In this document: positions 26,198 to 37,550 of the stretch, one piece after another
Layout: each line of letters opens with the position of its first letter
Position numbering within the stretch: the first letter of the stretch is position 1
Source: Chiloscyllium plagiosum
Taxonomy: Eukaryota
Direction: 5' to 3'
NCBI RefSeq assembly: GCF_004010195.1
Contig: NC_057728.1
Coordinates: 45,293,419 to 45,357,418 of the forward strand
DNA: 64,000 nt
Program-made: the position numbers and the translations under genes
Notes under the pieces: generated by a model
The model's input: only the letters and a program-made list of their open reading frames with translations
Database searches by the model: none
What the model was told of the DNA's origin: nothing

Positions 26198-26418
26198 GCT
26201 GAAAAATGTGTTGCTGGAAAAGCGCAGCAGGTCAGGCAGCATCAAAGGAGCAGGGAATCAACGTTTCGGGCATAAGCCCTTCTTCAGGAATCCTGAAGAA
26301 GGGCTTATGCCCGAAACGTCGATTCTCCTGCTCCTTTGATGCTGCCTGACCTGCTGCACTTTTCCAGCAACACATTTTTCAGCTCTGATCTCCAGCATCT
26401 GCAGTCCACACTTTCTCC
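26198..26418. mobile_element. Palindromic Penelope-like pLTR insertion
   Basis: Arms 26198-26289 and 26291-26383 around a 1-nt centre. Flanking direct repeat TGGTGTTAA(T/G)TTAT at 26184-26197 and 26419-26432. Confidence 0.85.
26288..26325 (+). ncRNA. Minimal type I hammerhead ribozyme
   Basis: GAATC-CTGAAGA-A-GGGC-TTAT-GCCC-GAAAC-GTC-GATTC: helix I GAATC/GATTC, helix II GGGC/GCCC, catalytic core, GUC cleavage triplet and self-complementary ACGT for helix III. Confidence 0.7.
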
Positions 26419-28079
26419 TGGTGTTAAGTTATCCCAGGTTAAAAGTAATTCACACATTATAAATGTAGTTCTTCTGCCTGGCAGTAGTTGAGATCAGACT
26501 TAACTACAGTAGTAACAGGAGTCTGCAGCTGGGTGGTAGCAATGAACGAGCAATACTGTCCAAATATTTGGAAGGGGTAAATTGGCAGAAATGACAAGCT
26601 GGGATTTAATCTCCCCCTTCAGCGATGTTATCATAAGACAAGATGAGTGAAAAGTGAAGTTGTTTTTGCTACAGCACATGGAGTCCAATTGCCTAAGCCC
26701 TTGGAATTATTTAAACAGAATAGCATCTTGTGCCTTGTACAATAGACATCATGTTGTGAACTTGCAGTCACGACTTTTTTAAAAAAAAAACTAGACACAA
26801 ACAAGCAATTAAAGTAGCTGTTATAAATTTTGTGACCCTTGGCATTTGAGGTACAGGTGCCATCCCTCAAGTGAATGTTTAATTAAATATTGATGTTCAA
26901 AGTCTTCATGCAAATTCACACATCTTTTTCTTTAAGGATGGGCCTATACAAACACATTATCCAGTCTAACGTTATTCAGTGGCCTTCCCTGAAACCATTG
27001 AGAAATGCCATTATCAAATTGAATGGGTCATTCTGAAGGAAAGATACACAGCAGAATTTTACCAGAAATCAGCTCTGTCATTTTCATCATATTTTAAGGA
27101 GAGTTTCCAGAGACCTGGAGAGTTTCCTTATGTTAACGTCCCAAACTTGCCTCATTAACTGTGTGCCAAGCCCCTACGATATACTGATCAATCATTGTTA
27201 CCCTAATTCTCAAGTCCATTGCAGGAAGAAATACTTGCCACTGCTAGTTCTGGAATGTCTGGCATCAGCACCATATTTAAAAGACCGTTGTGCACAAGGT
27301 CAAACAGTGCCAGTCAAGAGCTGCCCGTATCGTGCATGATATCAACCTGGACATGGCATATAAGGGGAAATTTTTGCCCTGTTTCTTTGACAGGGAACTT
27401 GAGTAAAGCAGGGAGCTATCTTCTTTCACTACGACCAGCAGAAGACTGGCAGACTGTCAGCCAGGTCTGAGGCTCCCACCCGAGTCAGTGCATTCTCAGC
27501 CATCCAGAAGAACTCACAGGTTAATGGCCTTCTGCATTTTGTCAGGGTACTTATCACCATCCTCTGTTTGCTACCTTACGGTCACTCACGAGCACCAAGG
27601 CTTATGCTTCAGCCAGTCAAGGAGGTAAACCTTTACTCAGGAGTTCCTGGCACATTCAAAGGAAACCAGCCCAGGTCCTGCTCAAGCCGGTCACAGTCAG
27701 GTGAGGAACCCAATGATGGGCATCACACTACCTTTTTTGCCCTAGTGAGGGCTGTTTACCTCATGGAATGAGAGCGAGGCAGAAATTATGGGAGATTAAA
27801 GTGGCTGTCTGAGCTATTCCTGTTGGTGCAGACGGCAAGTGTCCCATGTGCATGAATCGATAGCACAATGGGTGTGTAGGGATAGTGGTGTCAAAGGGTT
27901 GGGGTGGGCAGAAACCAACCATGACAGATGCCATAGGGCATGATAATGAGGGGCTTTAATGAGGTGATTTTGGTAAGAAATTTGTGAGCTTTGTGGTGGC
28001 AAACCCCAAAAGAAAATGGGCACAACTTGGATTTAGCCTGAAAAAGGAAGATTCAATCTAATAACTATCACTAAAGAAA

Positions 28080-28670
28080 TAGTCCAAGGGAAACTATTAG
28101 GTCAAAGGCCAATACGTCCCCTGGATTTGATAGGTTGCATCCTAGGATATTAAAGGAGGTAGCTACAGAGATAATGGATATGCTGGTAGTAATCCTCCAA
28201 GAATAGTTGGATTGTTGAGAAATGACAGATGATTTTAAAAAACTGTCAATGCAAGTGGAGAGAACACAAAAACAGTTAGCTGTCATTGTGAAAGTTTAGA
28301 GTGAATTATAAAGGACATAATAGCAGAACATTTAGAAATACATAATAAAATTAAGCAGAATCAGCTTGGCTTCGTGAAGGGAAAATCCTGCCTGATATAT
28401 TTATTAAAATTCTTTTGAGGAGGTAACAAGTAGGATAGATAAAGGGGAAGCAGTGATGTAATCTATTTGCATTTTCAGAAGACATTTGATAAGGTACCAC
28501 ATGTTAGGCTTCTTAATGAAGAAAGAACCCATTGTGTTTGAGGTAGTATATTAGCATGGATAGAAAATTGGCTAATTAATAGGAGGCAGAGCGTTTGGAT
28601 AAGGGGCCGTTTTCAGGAAGGCAAACTGCAACTTGTGGAATGCCACAGGGACTAGTGCTGGGGCTACAAT
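28080..28670 (+). mobile_element. CR1 LINE RT fragment
   Basis: Degenerate SPG.D..HPRILKE, QxGFVKGKSCL, IYLHFQKTFDKVPH and GMPQGLVLG motifs. Confidence 0.8.
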
Positions 28671-28734
28671 TAGATTTTCCAGCATTTTCTCTTTTGGTTT
28701 TAGTTCTTCTCACCCTGTGATGTCCCTCTAAAAG

Positions 28735-29120
28735 ATACCAGCCTAGTGGTAATGTCACTGGAAGTATAATCTTAAGGTCCAGGCAAAAGCGCTGGGAGCA
28801 TCGGTTGTATTCCAAAGTAGCTGGTAGAATGTAAGTTAAGTTAATAAATCTGGAATGTAAAGCTTGCCTCAGTAATTGTGACCATCAAATTATCATGGAT
28901 TGAATGGATTTGAGTTTTCACAACAATCTTTAGAGGAGGATATCTGCCAGCTTTACCCATCTGATCCTCATGTGTCTTCAGACTCTCAGCAGTACTGTTG
29001 ACTTTTAACTGCCGTTTGAAGTGGCCTAGCAAGCCTCTAGGTTCATGAGCAATGAGGTATGGTCAACAAACACTGGCGTCCCTTGTGATCCCCACATCCA
29101 TGAAAGAATAAAGAAAAATA
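28735..29120 (+). mobile_element. Old tRNA-derived SINE with LINE-like tail
   Basis: Head tagtggtaatgtcactgga; tail ...cccacatccatgaaagaataaa shared with other fragments in the window. Confidence 0.55.
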
Positions 29121-29569
29121 ATTGCATTGACATAATGTCCTTTTATATAAATCTATTCAATTCACCTCAACTACTCCAGAGTAAAATGTAATGATATTTT
29201 TGATAGAGGGTAAATTTTAAAAAGAAATCGCCTGCAAGTGCTATAGTCAGATTTTTTTTGTACGATAAGGAAAATGGTGCCTTCAGAGTGGTAGAAACTG
29301 AGATTAATTTTATACCTTTGATTCTCTTTCAGTGTCATACAACAATTTCCCATCTTGAAAATTTGGAACATAAGTCAGTGCGATCAATTTAAAGATCTCC
29401 CAACTTTTTTCATGTACAGTATTCCATTGAAGTAACTTCTGTCCCTGAATTCCTGATTATGTTTAGGCTGATATGAACTTGGCTGCTGTCATGCCATGCT
29501 AATCCTTAGCATCAGTATGTAAAATGCAGCACTTTGTTTTTAATTCATTTTTGTCCTTTTTAATAACAG

Positions 29570-30055
29570 ATTGGACTCTTTGGACATTACAGGAACACGC
29601 TGTCAGCACTGTGATGAACTAATGCAGCTGGCTGAAGAATGTAGATATGCCCATGAGTATGGAGAATCATGCCTCACTGAACAGAAAAAACATCCTAATA
29701 CTCTTCATGAGGAAGAACTCAGTGTTGAAAAGCAATATAATAAGTTGACCATCAATCATACAGAAGGAAATAGCCAGAATGCTGACAGAAAAGTTGTTTC
29801 TGACCCAGTTCAGACTGTTGTAACTTATGCTTCTGAAAAGATCAAGCAAAGTGATCAGTCACATCTTGCTTATCAGGATTCTGAGCACAGTGACCCCAGA
29901 CTCCTTGTAAACCAAGGGGGAACTATTCTGCAGGATTTCGGAACAGGCAGAAGTCCACTGTATTCTAAATATAACAAAGTAGAGTCACAGCAGCAAAATA
30001 AAGAGCATGTGATGGAGAAACATCAACAACATATTTCAGAAGACAACTTAGAAAA
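29570..30055 (+). CDS. LRRIQ1: LRRIQ1 internal exon (486 bp)
   Basis: Polypyrimidine tract plus aacag| acceptor; donor AA|gtaag. Open frame LDSLDITGTRCQHCDELMQLAEECRYAHEYGE..., matching the LRRIQ1 'LM.L..EYRHAHE.GD' motif. Phase joins the previous exon (GA+A=Glu). Confidence 0.9.
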
Positions 30056-31970
30056 GTAAGAAGACAATTAGAATGTAGTTATAATTTATGTATTGGGTTT
30101 TATGATAGCTCAGAACTTTTGGAAATTCAATAAGTGAAAAATAAACAGCAGACCTGAGACCATCTAATCAATAGCAGAGGCTACAATCTATATTAACCAC
30201 AATTCATTATTTGTTATTAAGTCTTGGCTTCGAGAATAACAAACTTGTGTGCTTTCCATTGCGTGGAAGTTGAATTATATGGCTGGTGTGTAGTGAAGAT
30301 GGTTGAGTAATGTAAGAAGCAGAGATTCTGAGATTTTCAGAAAATACAGTATATGATAATATTTTAGTGTTATGTCAACCAGCAGTTCAGTAGAAATAAG
30401 AGCTCTTGTTCTTGTTCTCTTGTTCTCTGAAACCTTTGTTTCTTCAATATTTACTGTGGTTAATATGATAATGTGACTTACAAATATCTTCCTTCCTCTG
30501 GTTTCTCCATTCTTATGATTCTTTTTTACATGGTTTTCTAGTTTAACCTTGTGAAAATTACCCAAGCCAGCCAGAACATGATTTATAAAATTGCAATAAA
30601 CAGCAAGAAGACTTAGCCATCCAAGAGCTATGGTGTGTAAAAGGAACTATGTAATATGCTTAGGGCCAGCAGTTTTGTGGTCAGATCTCGTCATATTCTA
30701 AGTTTTAGAAAGCACACAAATTGTTTGTTTAGTTTTCTTCAAGCATTGCTTGCACGTGTTCAAGTTTTCTTGTGCATTATATTTAAAGAGAGAGTTGTAA
30801 ACTGTTGCAGCACAGAAGAAGGATATTCAGTCTGTCATATCTACCAGCTCTCATGCAAGAGCAATTCACTTTGTGTCTCTCCCCTGAGTCTTCTCCATAG
30901 CCCTGCAAATTTTTACTTTCCAGATAATGATTCCGTTCCCTTTTGAAAGTCAAAACTGAATTAACCTCCACCACAGTCTCAAGACATATGGTCAATTAGT
31001 TCAACAACTAGGAATTTGCATCTATTTTTTCTTATCAATAATGCTTTTTATTTATTCATTGGATGTAGGTGTCATTGTCTATAGAGATTATTAGGAGTGA
31101 AACCATGAAGAAATTTGAATGTGAGAACTAAAAATCCAAAAATTTTAAGATCTCTAGAGATAAGGATATCATGTGGATCAGGGAACAAATGTGAGGACTG
31201 AACAGAATTTGGTATTCATTAGAATATGAGCAGCTGATATGTACTTAAGCTGGGGTTTATGGAATATAGACTGTGGGAGGCCAAACAGGGGAGCATTTGA
31301 ATAATTGATTTGGAAGTGATAATGGCACAATAACAGATACAACAGAGATGAAGAGAATTTGAGAGTATAAAATTGGCTTGTGGCAAAATAGAATGTTGAA
31401 GTTGTAAGTTTCATCCTCAAACAATGACTGGGATGGAATCAATGGCAAAAACATGGAGTTTGATGCAGCACTTGCAGATTATGATTTCAATCTTCTTGGT
31501 TTTTACTGAGGAAGTTGTAAGTTATCCCAATGTTTGGGAAGCACGCTAACAGCACAAACAGATTAGGGGTGCCGAGGTGTCCTATGGAGGTACAGCTGTG
31601 GGTTGTAAGAATATAATTTAGACTGTCATCCTCAAATGGCATGATGTGGTGAGAAAAAAAGGTAGAAATAGATCTTTGGGGGGTTTAGAGGTAACAGTGG
31701 AGGCAGCAGGGATAGCCACTTACAAAATAATTGACAGAAGGAAAAGAAGTAAGCTTTTAAAATAATTTGTCAAAGATTTTCTTTTCAATAAATGTCCATT
31801 CTAAGCCAGTTAAGTTTAAGACATAATTGAATACAAATCGTTCAAAACAAAACTAGAATAACTTTATCAATTTAAAGATGAAACAAATAAAAAGTATTTT
31901 GTATTTTAGATAATTATTTTCTGTTTGTCCTGATTAACAACAGCATGTTTCAATACCCTTGTGTTTGCAG

Positions 31971-32199
31971 CTATGCAGCTATTGTTTTACAGTCCCACTG
32001 GAGAGGATACATTGTTCGTAAAGAAATTCAAATGTGCATGATACTTCATAATGCTGCTTCAGTGATTCAGGCTGCATGGAGAGATTACTGCAACAGGATG
32101 AAAGTTGCCTTCCAGAAAACTACTCAAGCTTCATCTAGAAAATGCAAAATATTTGGTGGAAGTCAAGAAATCAGACATAAAGCTGTCACTATTATTCAG
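31971..32199 (+). CDS. LRRIQ1: LRRIQ1 exon with IQ calmodulin-binding motifs
   Basis: Acceptor tttgcag|, donor CAG|gttaga. Encodes AAIVLQSHWRGYIVRK, AASVIQAAWRDY and KAVTIIQ (IQxxxRG motifs). Phase 2 start (AA+C=Asn), phase 0 end. Confidence 0.93.
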
Positions 32200-32667
32200 G
32201 TTAGACAAAATTAATGGGTAACATTTACTTTAGCAAATATATATCCCGTATATATTGTGTAAAAGTCAAAATTTTAAGACTACATTTAAACGTTCAATTT
32301 ATAGGGTCACCTATTACACAGGCATTAGTTTTGAGGGGCTGAAATTCATGCTGCAGTTCGAAATACTGTATTATTATCAGAAGTCAATTTGATCACTCAG
32401 CTAATCCCAGGTAAAGAAGAAAAACACAATGAATTACGGTAAAGGTAATTACCGAATAAAAGCAAGAGAAACAAGAATGAATTACTAGTAGTAAGTTTTA
32501 TTTAAAATTTATTTTAAAAATTTAACATGTCAAAGATTCATTGAAGTCCTGCAAAATCTCACAGTTCAACGTCGTCATGGCCTGTATAATGGCCCACTTA
32601 AAATGAAACATTTATTAAATTCTGAATGTGTAAGCATCTTAAACGTTTCTGCCAAATTCTTCTGTAT

Positions 32668-34110
32668 TAGAGATGTACAGCACGGAAACAGACCCTTTGG
32701 TCCAACTCGTCCATGCCAACCAGATATCCCAACCCAACCTAATCCCACACGGCACATATCCCTCCAAACCCTTCCTATTCATATACCCATGTAAATGCCT
32801 TTTAAATGTTGCAATTGTATTAGCCTCCAACACTTCCTCTGGCAGCTCATTCTATACATGTACCACCCTCTGCATGAAAAAGTTGCCCTTTAGGACTCTT
32901 ATATCTATCCCCTCTCACCCTAAACCTATGCTCTCTAGTTCTGGACTCCCCCACCCCAGGGAAAAGACTTTATTTATTTATCCTATCCATGACAGTCAGG
33001 ATTTTGTAAACCTGTAGGCCACCCCTCAGCCTCCGATGCTCCAGGGAAAACAGGTCACTTCTACACCAGAAGCGATTCCAATGATCCAAAAATGTGAATC
33101 CTTCTCCCATGCACCAGTCATGCATTCATCTGCTCTATCCTCCTGTTCCTGACCTCACTAGCTCGCAGCACCAGGAGTAATCCAGATATCACTACTCTCG
33201 AAGACCTCCTTTTTAAATTCCTGCCTAACTCTCTATATTCTCCCTTCAGAATCTCATCCTTTTCCCTTCCTATACCATTGGTTCCAATGTGTACAATGAC
33301 CTCCTGCTGGGCCCTCTCGCCTGGAGAACATTCTGTACCCTCTTTGAGACATCCTTGATCCTCCCTGGTACCAGGGAGGCAACACACCATTCTGATTTTT
33401 CCCTGCTGGCCACAGAAACGTCTATCTGTGCCTCGGACTAGAGAGACCCCTAACACAATTGATCTCTTGGAACTCAACGTACCCCTCATTGCATTAGAGC
33501 CAGTCTCGATCCCAGAAATTTAGCTGTTCATGCTACATTCTGCTGAGAATCCATCACCCCCTAAATTTTCCAAAATAGCATACTTAGTTGAAATGGGGAT
33601 AGCTACAGAAGATTCCTACGCTACTTGCCTACCTCTTACCTTTCCTGGAGTTAACCCATGTCACCTTATGTGCAACCTTTTCCCCTTCCTATGACTGCCA
33701 TCCAGCTTATCCCCTTGCTCTTGTAAATTCTTCATTGCTTCTAACTGTCTCTCCAACCGATCCATTTGATCTTATAGGATTCACAACTAACGGCATTTAT
33801 TGCAGATATAATCCTCAGTAACATGTACACTGTCTCTAAACTCCCACATCCAACAAGAAGAGCATATCACTCTACTTAAGGCCATTTTTTGCTTCTTCCA
33901 ATCTATAGACCCAGAAAATAGCACTGTCTTAATCCTCTACAAAACACTGCTCCAGGCTTACTTAATACTTATGGCATATATTTTTAACTTTAATCAAGAG
34001 ACATATCTCAATAAAACATAATCAGGAAAGCAGACTTTCTGTTGGCCACACTTAAAAATATTGACTTATCTGTTTCTGTGCTGTGACTCTCCCAAATAGG
34101 TTCCACCAAG
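32668..34110 (-). mobile_element. Internally deleted CR1 LINE (ORF1 esterase-like region joined to the 3' end)
   Basis: ORF 33118-33489 has the CR1 ORF1 SGNH-like motifs G.SLVRGTD, VCCLPG and VHIGTN; 32668-33050 is a CR1 3' end. Confidence 0.8.
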
Positions 34111-34240
34111 ATTAGAACATAGAACATAGAAGAATACAGCCCTCGATGTTGCGCCGATCCAAGCCCACCTAACCTATACTAACCCACTATCCTCCATATA
34201 CCTATCCAATGCCCGCTTAAATGCCCATAAAGAGGGAGAG
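32783..34240. repeat. Direct duplication, copy 1 (1458 bp)
   Basis: Nearly identical to 36093-37550 (offset 3310); only two substitutions noticed by eye. Confidence 0.95.
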
Positions 34241-34960
34241 TCCACCACTGCTACTGGCAGGGCATTCCATGAACGATATGAATGGTAATGACATTACACA
34301 ACTAGACATATACAATGAATATTTATTTAAATGCCATACCCTGCCAAATGTAACAATATCTCCAGACTGATTAAACACCACATCTCTAAATCTCAGATCC
34401 CAACCATTGTATCACTCTGGGCTCATACCTGACTTTCAAGAGCACACTCTTAAGCATTTAACACTGTTGCAAACCACACAGTCAGGTCTTACAGTGCACA
34501 CACACACTATCAGCTATTCAACTATTTTGACCAGATTACATGGTACTCTTTGGGGATCTTCACTCTCTCCTTCAGGACACGATGTGCACATCCATAGGCT
34601 GCAGGAGATATCCTGAGGGTCATAGGTACAGCTGGATTTCCTTATTCCCACAGAGGAGATGGTGCTCAGCACCTTGCTGCAGTCATAGCTAATAGCCAAC
34701 ACTGAAATCATTGAAGGTGGCACTGTTATTAAACCTAACTCTCTTTCTCACACTCCACCCACCACAACCCACGTCCCTACCTTCCCCTTCCTGTATCACC
34801 TTCAAGGACAGTGCTGCCAGAAATGGGTTCTCCAAGTTTCCTCTTCCCGTCCTCCAGCTGCTCCCTCCACACGTCCTGTTCCTCCTCTCCCTCTTCATCC
34901 TCTTGAGGCGCTCATTGTTGAGCAGGGCTGTCTTTTAATGTTAATGCGTTTGCCTAGCAT

Positions 34961-35101
34961 GTCCAGCCTCATTCCTGATGAAGGGCATATGCCCGAAACA
35001 TCGATACTCCTGCTCCTCAGATGCTGCCTGACCGGCTGTGCTTTTCCAGCAACACACTCTTCGACTCTGATCTCCAGCATCTGCCGTGCTCACTTTCTCC
35101 T
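34961..35101 (+). mobile_element. Solo Penelope-like pLTR with decayed hammerhead core
   Basis: CTGATGA-A-GGGC-ATAT-GCCC-GAAACATC followed by the usual pLTR body and tail. Confidence 0.75.
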
Positions 35102-36092
35102 TGCGTGCAGCAGACTGAGATAAATTCTGACTCCTGCTCTGCCAAGAATACAACGGGGCTCCCCAAGAGGTCTTGACATGTTGTATCAATGCAGCAATGA
35201 TCTTCCCTAACACACTTGGCATCAAAGCATGACTTTCATTATGTACACACTATGAATTTGTGCATGGTTTGTGTACAAGAGCCATTAAGCTTGTTGTCCA
35301 GCAGTCACCCTAAGGCTTGTGAGTGGTTCAAATGTCCCTGGAACATCAGACAGCTGCAGAATGAAAGCAACATAACAGATGCCAAGATAGAATTAGAATG
35401 AGGCTTTACCGTCATGTGTACTTACACGGAGGGATACAGGAGTACACTGAAACATTTACAATGTCGCCAGTCCTGGCACCATCTTAGATATAGGCACCTA
35501 GCTGCAAAATCTTAGGTAAAATGTAGAAAAACAAAGAAATAAGTTAAAATAAATTAAAAGTTTGACTTTACAGTCCTTCTCAGTCTAAAGTAGTAATAAA
35601 ATTTAAAGTTTGAAATTAGAGTCCTTCATTGATCTGTTTCCATTCACTACCTGTTGTCATACAGCAGTTGGATGTTAATGGTGTGGACTCCCCGCCCAGT
35701 CTCCAGCTGCCAGAGTGATTGGCAGTTGCAGAGTGAGGTGAGTACAGTCAATAGCACTTTGCCCCATTGAGATACCTGTACCCCAGCAAAGCTGCCAGCA
35801 TGCTCATCTCCTTGGTAATGCTGTTATTGAGGAGCCCACGTCAATGACTGCCCTGTACAACAGTGGGAGACAGACACTGAGATGTTAGAAATATCCTGGA
35901 GACAATCAAATGCATAAAGCATTCATTGCAGCAGTCACCCTCACAACCAGAAGCAATTGAGTCTTTACCCTGCTCGGAGGCTGCAGTTGAAGTTGGGGAA
36001 AGTGGAGCTCACAGTGGTCCTTCTTACTGAAAGTTCAGATATCTCCTACCCTGATCCTCATTGGGTTTTCAGTTAGAGACATTCTCCTGAAC

Positions 36093-37550
36093 ATACCCAT
36101 GCAAATGCCTTTTAAATGTTGCAATTGTATTAGCCTCCAACACTTCCTCTGGCAGCTCATTCTATACATGTACCACCCTCTGCATGAAAAAGTTGCCCTT
36201 TAGGACTCTTATATCTATCCCCTCTCACCCTAAACCTATGCTCTCTAGTTCTGGACTCCCCCACCCCAGGGAAAAGACTTTATTTATTTATCCTATCCAT
36301 GACAGTCAGGATTTTGTAAACCTGTAGGCCACCCCTCAGCCTCCGATGCTCCAGGGAAAACAGGTCACTTCTACACCAGAAGCGATTCCAATGATCCAAA
36401 AATGTGAATCCTTCTCCCATGCACCAGTCATGCATTCATCTGCTCTATCCTCCTGTTCCTGACCTCACTAGCTCGCAGCACCAGGAGTAATCCAGATATC
36501 ACTACTCTCGAAGACCTCCTTTTTAAATTCCTGCCTAACTCTCTATATTCTCCCTTCAGAATCTCATCCTTTTCCCTTCCTATACCGTTGGTTCCAATGT
36601 GTACAATGACCTCCTGCTGGGCCCTCTCGCCTGGAGAACATTCTGTACCCTCTTTGAGACATCCTTGATCCTCCCTGGTACCAGGGAGGCAACACACCAT
36701 TCTGATTTTTCCCTGCTGGCCACAGAAACGTCTATCTGTGCCTCGGACTAGAGAGACCCCTAACACAATTGATCTCTTGGAACTCAACGTACCCCTCATT
36801 GCATTAGAGCCAGTCTCGATCCCAGAAATTTAGCTGTTCATGCTACATTCTGCTGAGAATCCATCACCCCCTAAATTTTCCAAAATAGCATACTTAGTTG
36901 AAATGGGGATAGCTACAGAAGATTCCTACGCTACTTGCCTACCTCTTACCTTTCCTGGAGTTAACCCATGTCACCTTATGTGCAACCTTTTCCCCTTCCT
37001 ATGACTGCCATCCAGCTTATCCCCTTGCTCTTGTAAATTCTTCATTGCTTCTAACTGTCTCTCCAACCGATCCATTTGATCTTATAGGATTCACAACTAA
37101 CGGCATTTATTGCAGATATAATCCTCAGTAACATGTACACTGTCTCTAAACTCCCACATCCAACAAGAAGAGCATATCACTCTACTTAAGGCCATTTTTT
37201 GCTTCTTCCAATCTATAGACCCAGAAAATAGCACTGTCTTAATCCTCTACAAAACACTGCTCCAGGCTTACTTAATACTTATGGCATATATTTTTAACTT
37301 TAATCAAGAGACATATCTCAATAAAACATAATCAGGAAAGCAGACTTTCTGTTGGCCACACTTAAAAATATTGACTTATCTGTTTCTGTGCTGTGACTCT
37401 CCCAAATAGGTTCCACCAAGATTAGAACATAGAACATAGAAGAATACAGCCCTCGATGTTGCGCCGATCCAAGCCCACCTAACCTATACTAACCCACTAT
37501 CCTCCATATACCTATCCAATGCCCGCTTAAATGCCCATAAAGAGGGAGAG
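36093..37550. repeat. Direct duplication, copy 2 (1458 bp)
   Basis: The ORF translations at 33118-33489 and 36428-36799 are identical. Confidence 0.95.

Noticed and set aside
33118..33489. Duplicated host esterase gene
   Set aside because: It is frameshifted CR1 ORF1 (SGNH-like) sequence within the duplicated block.
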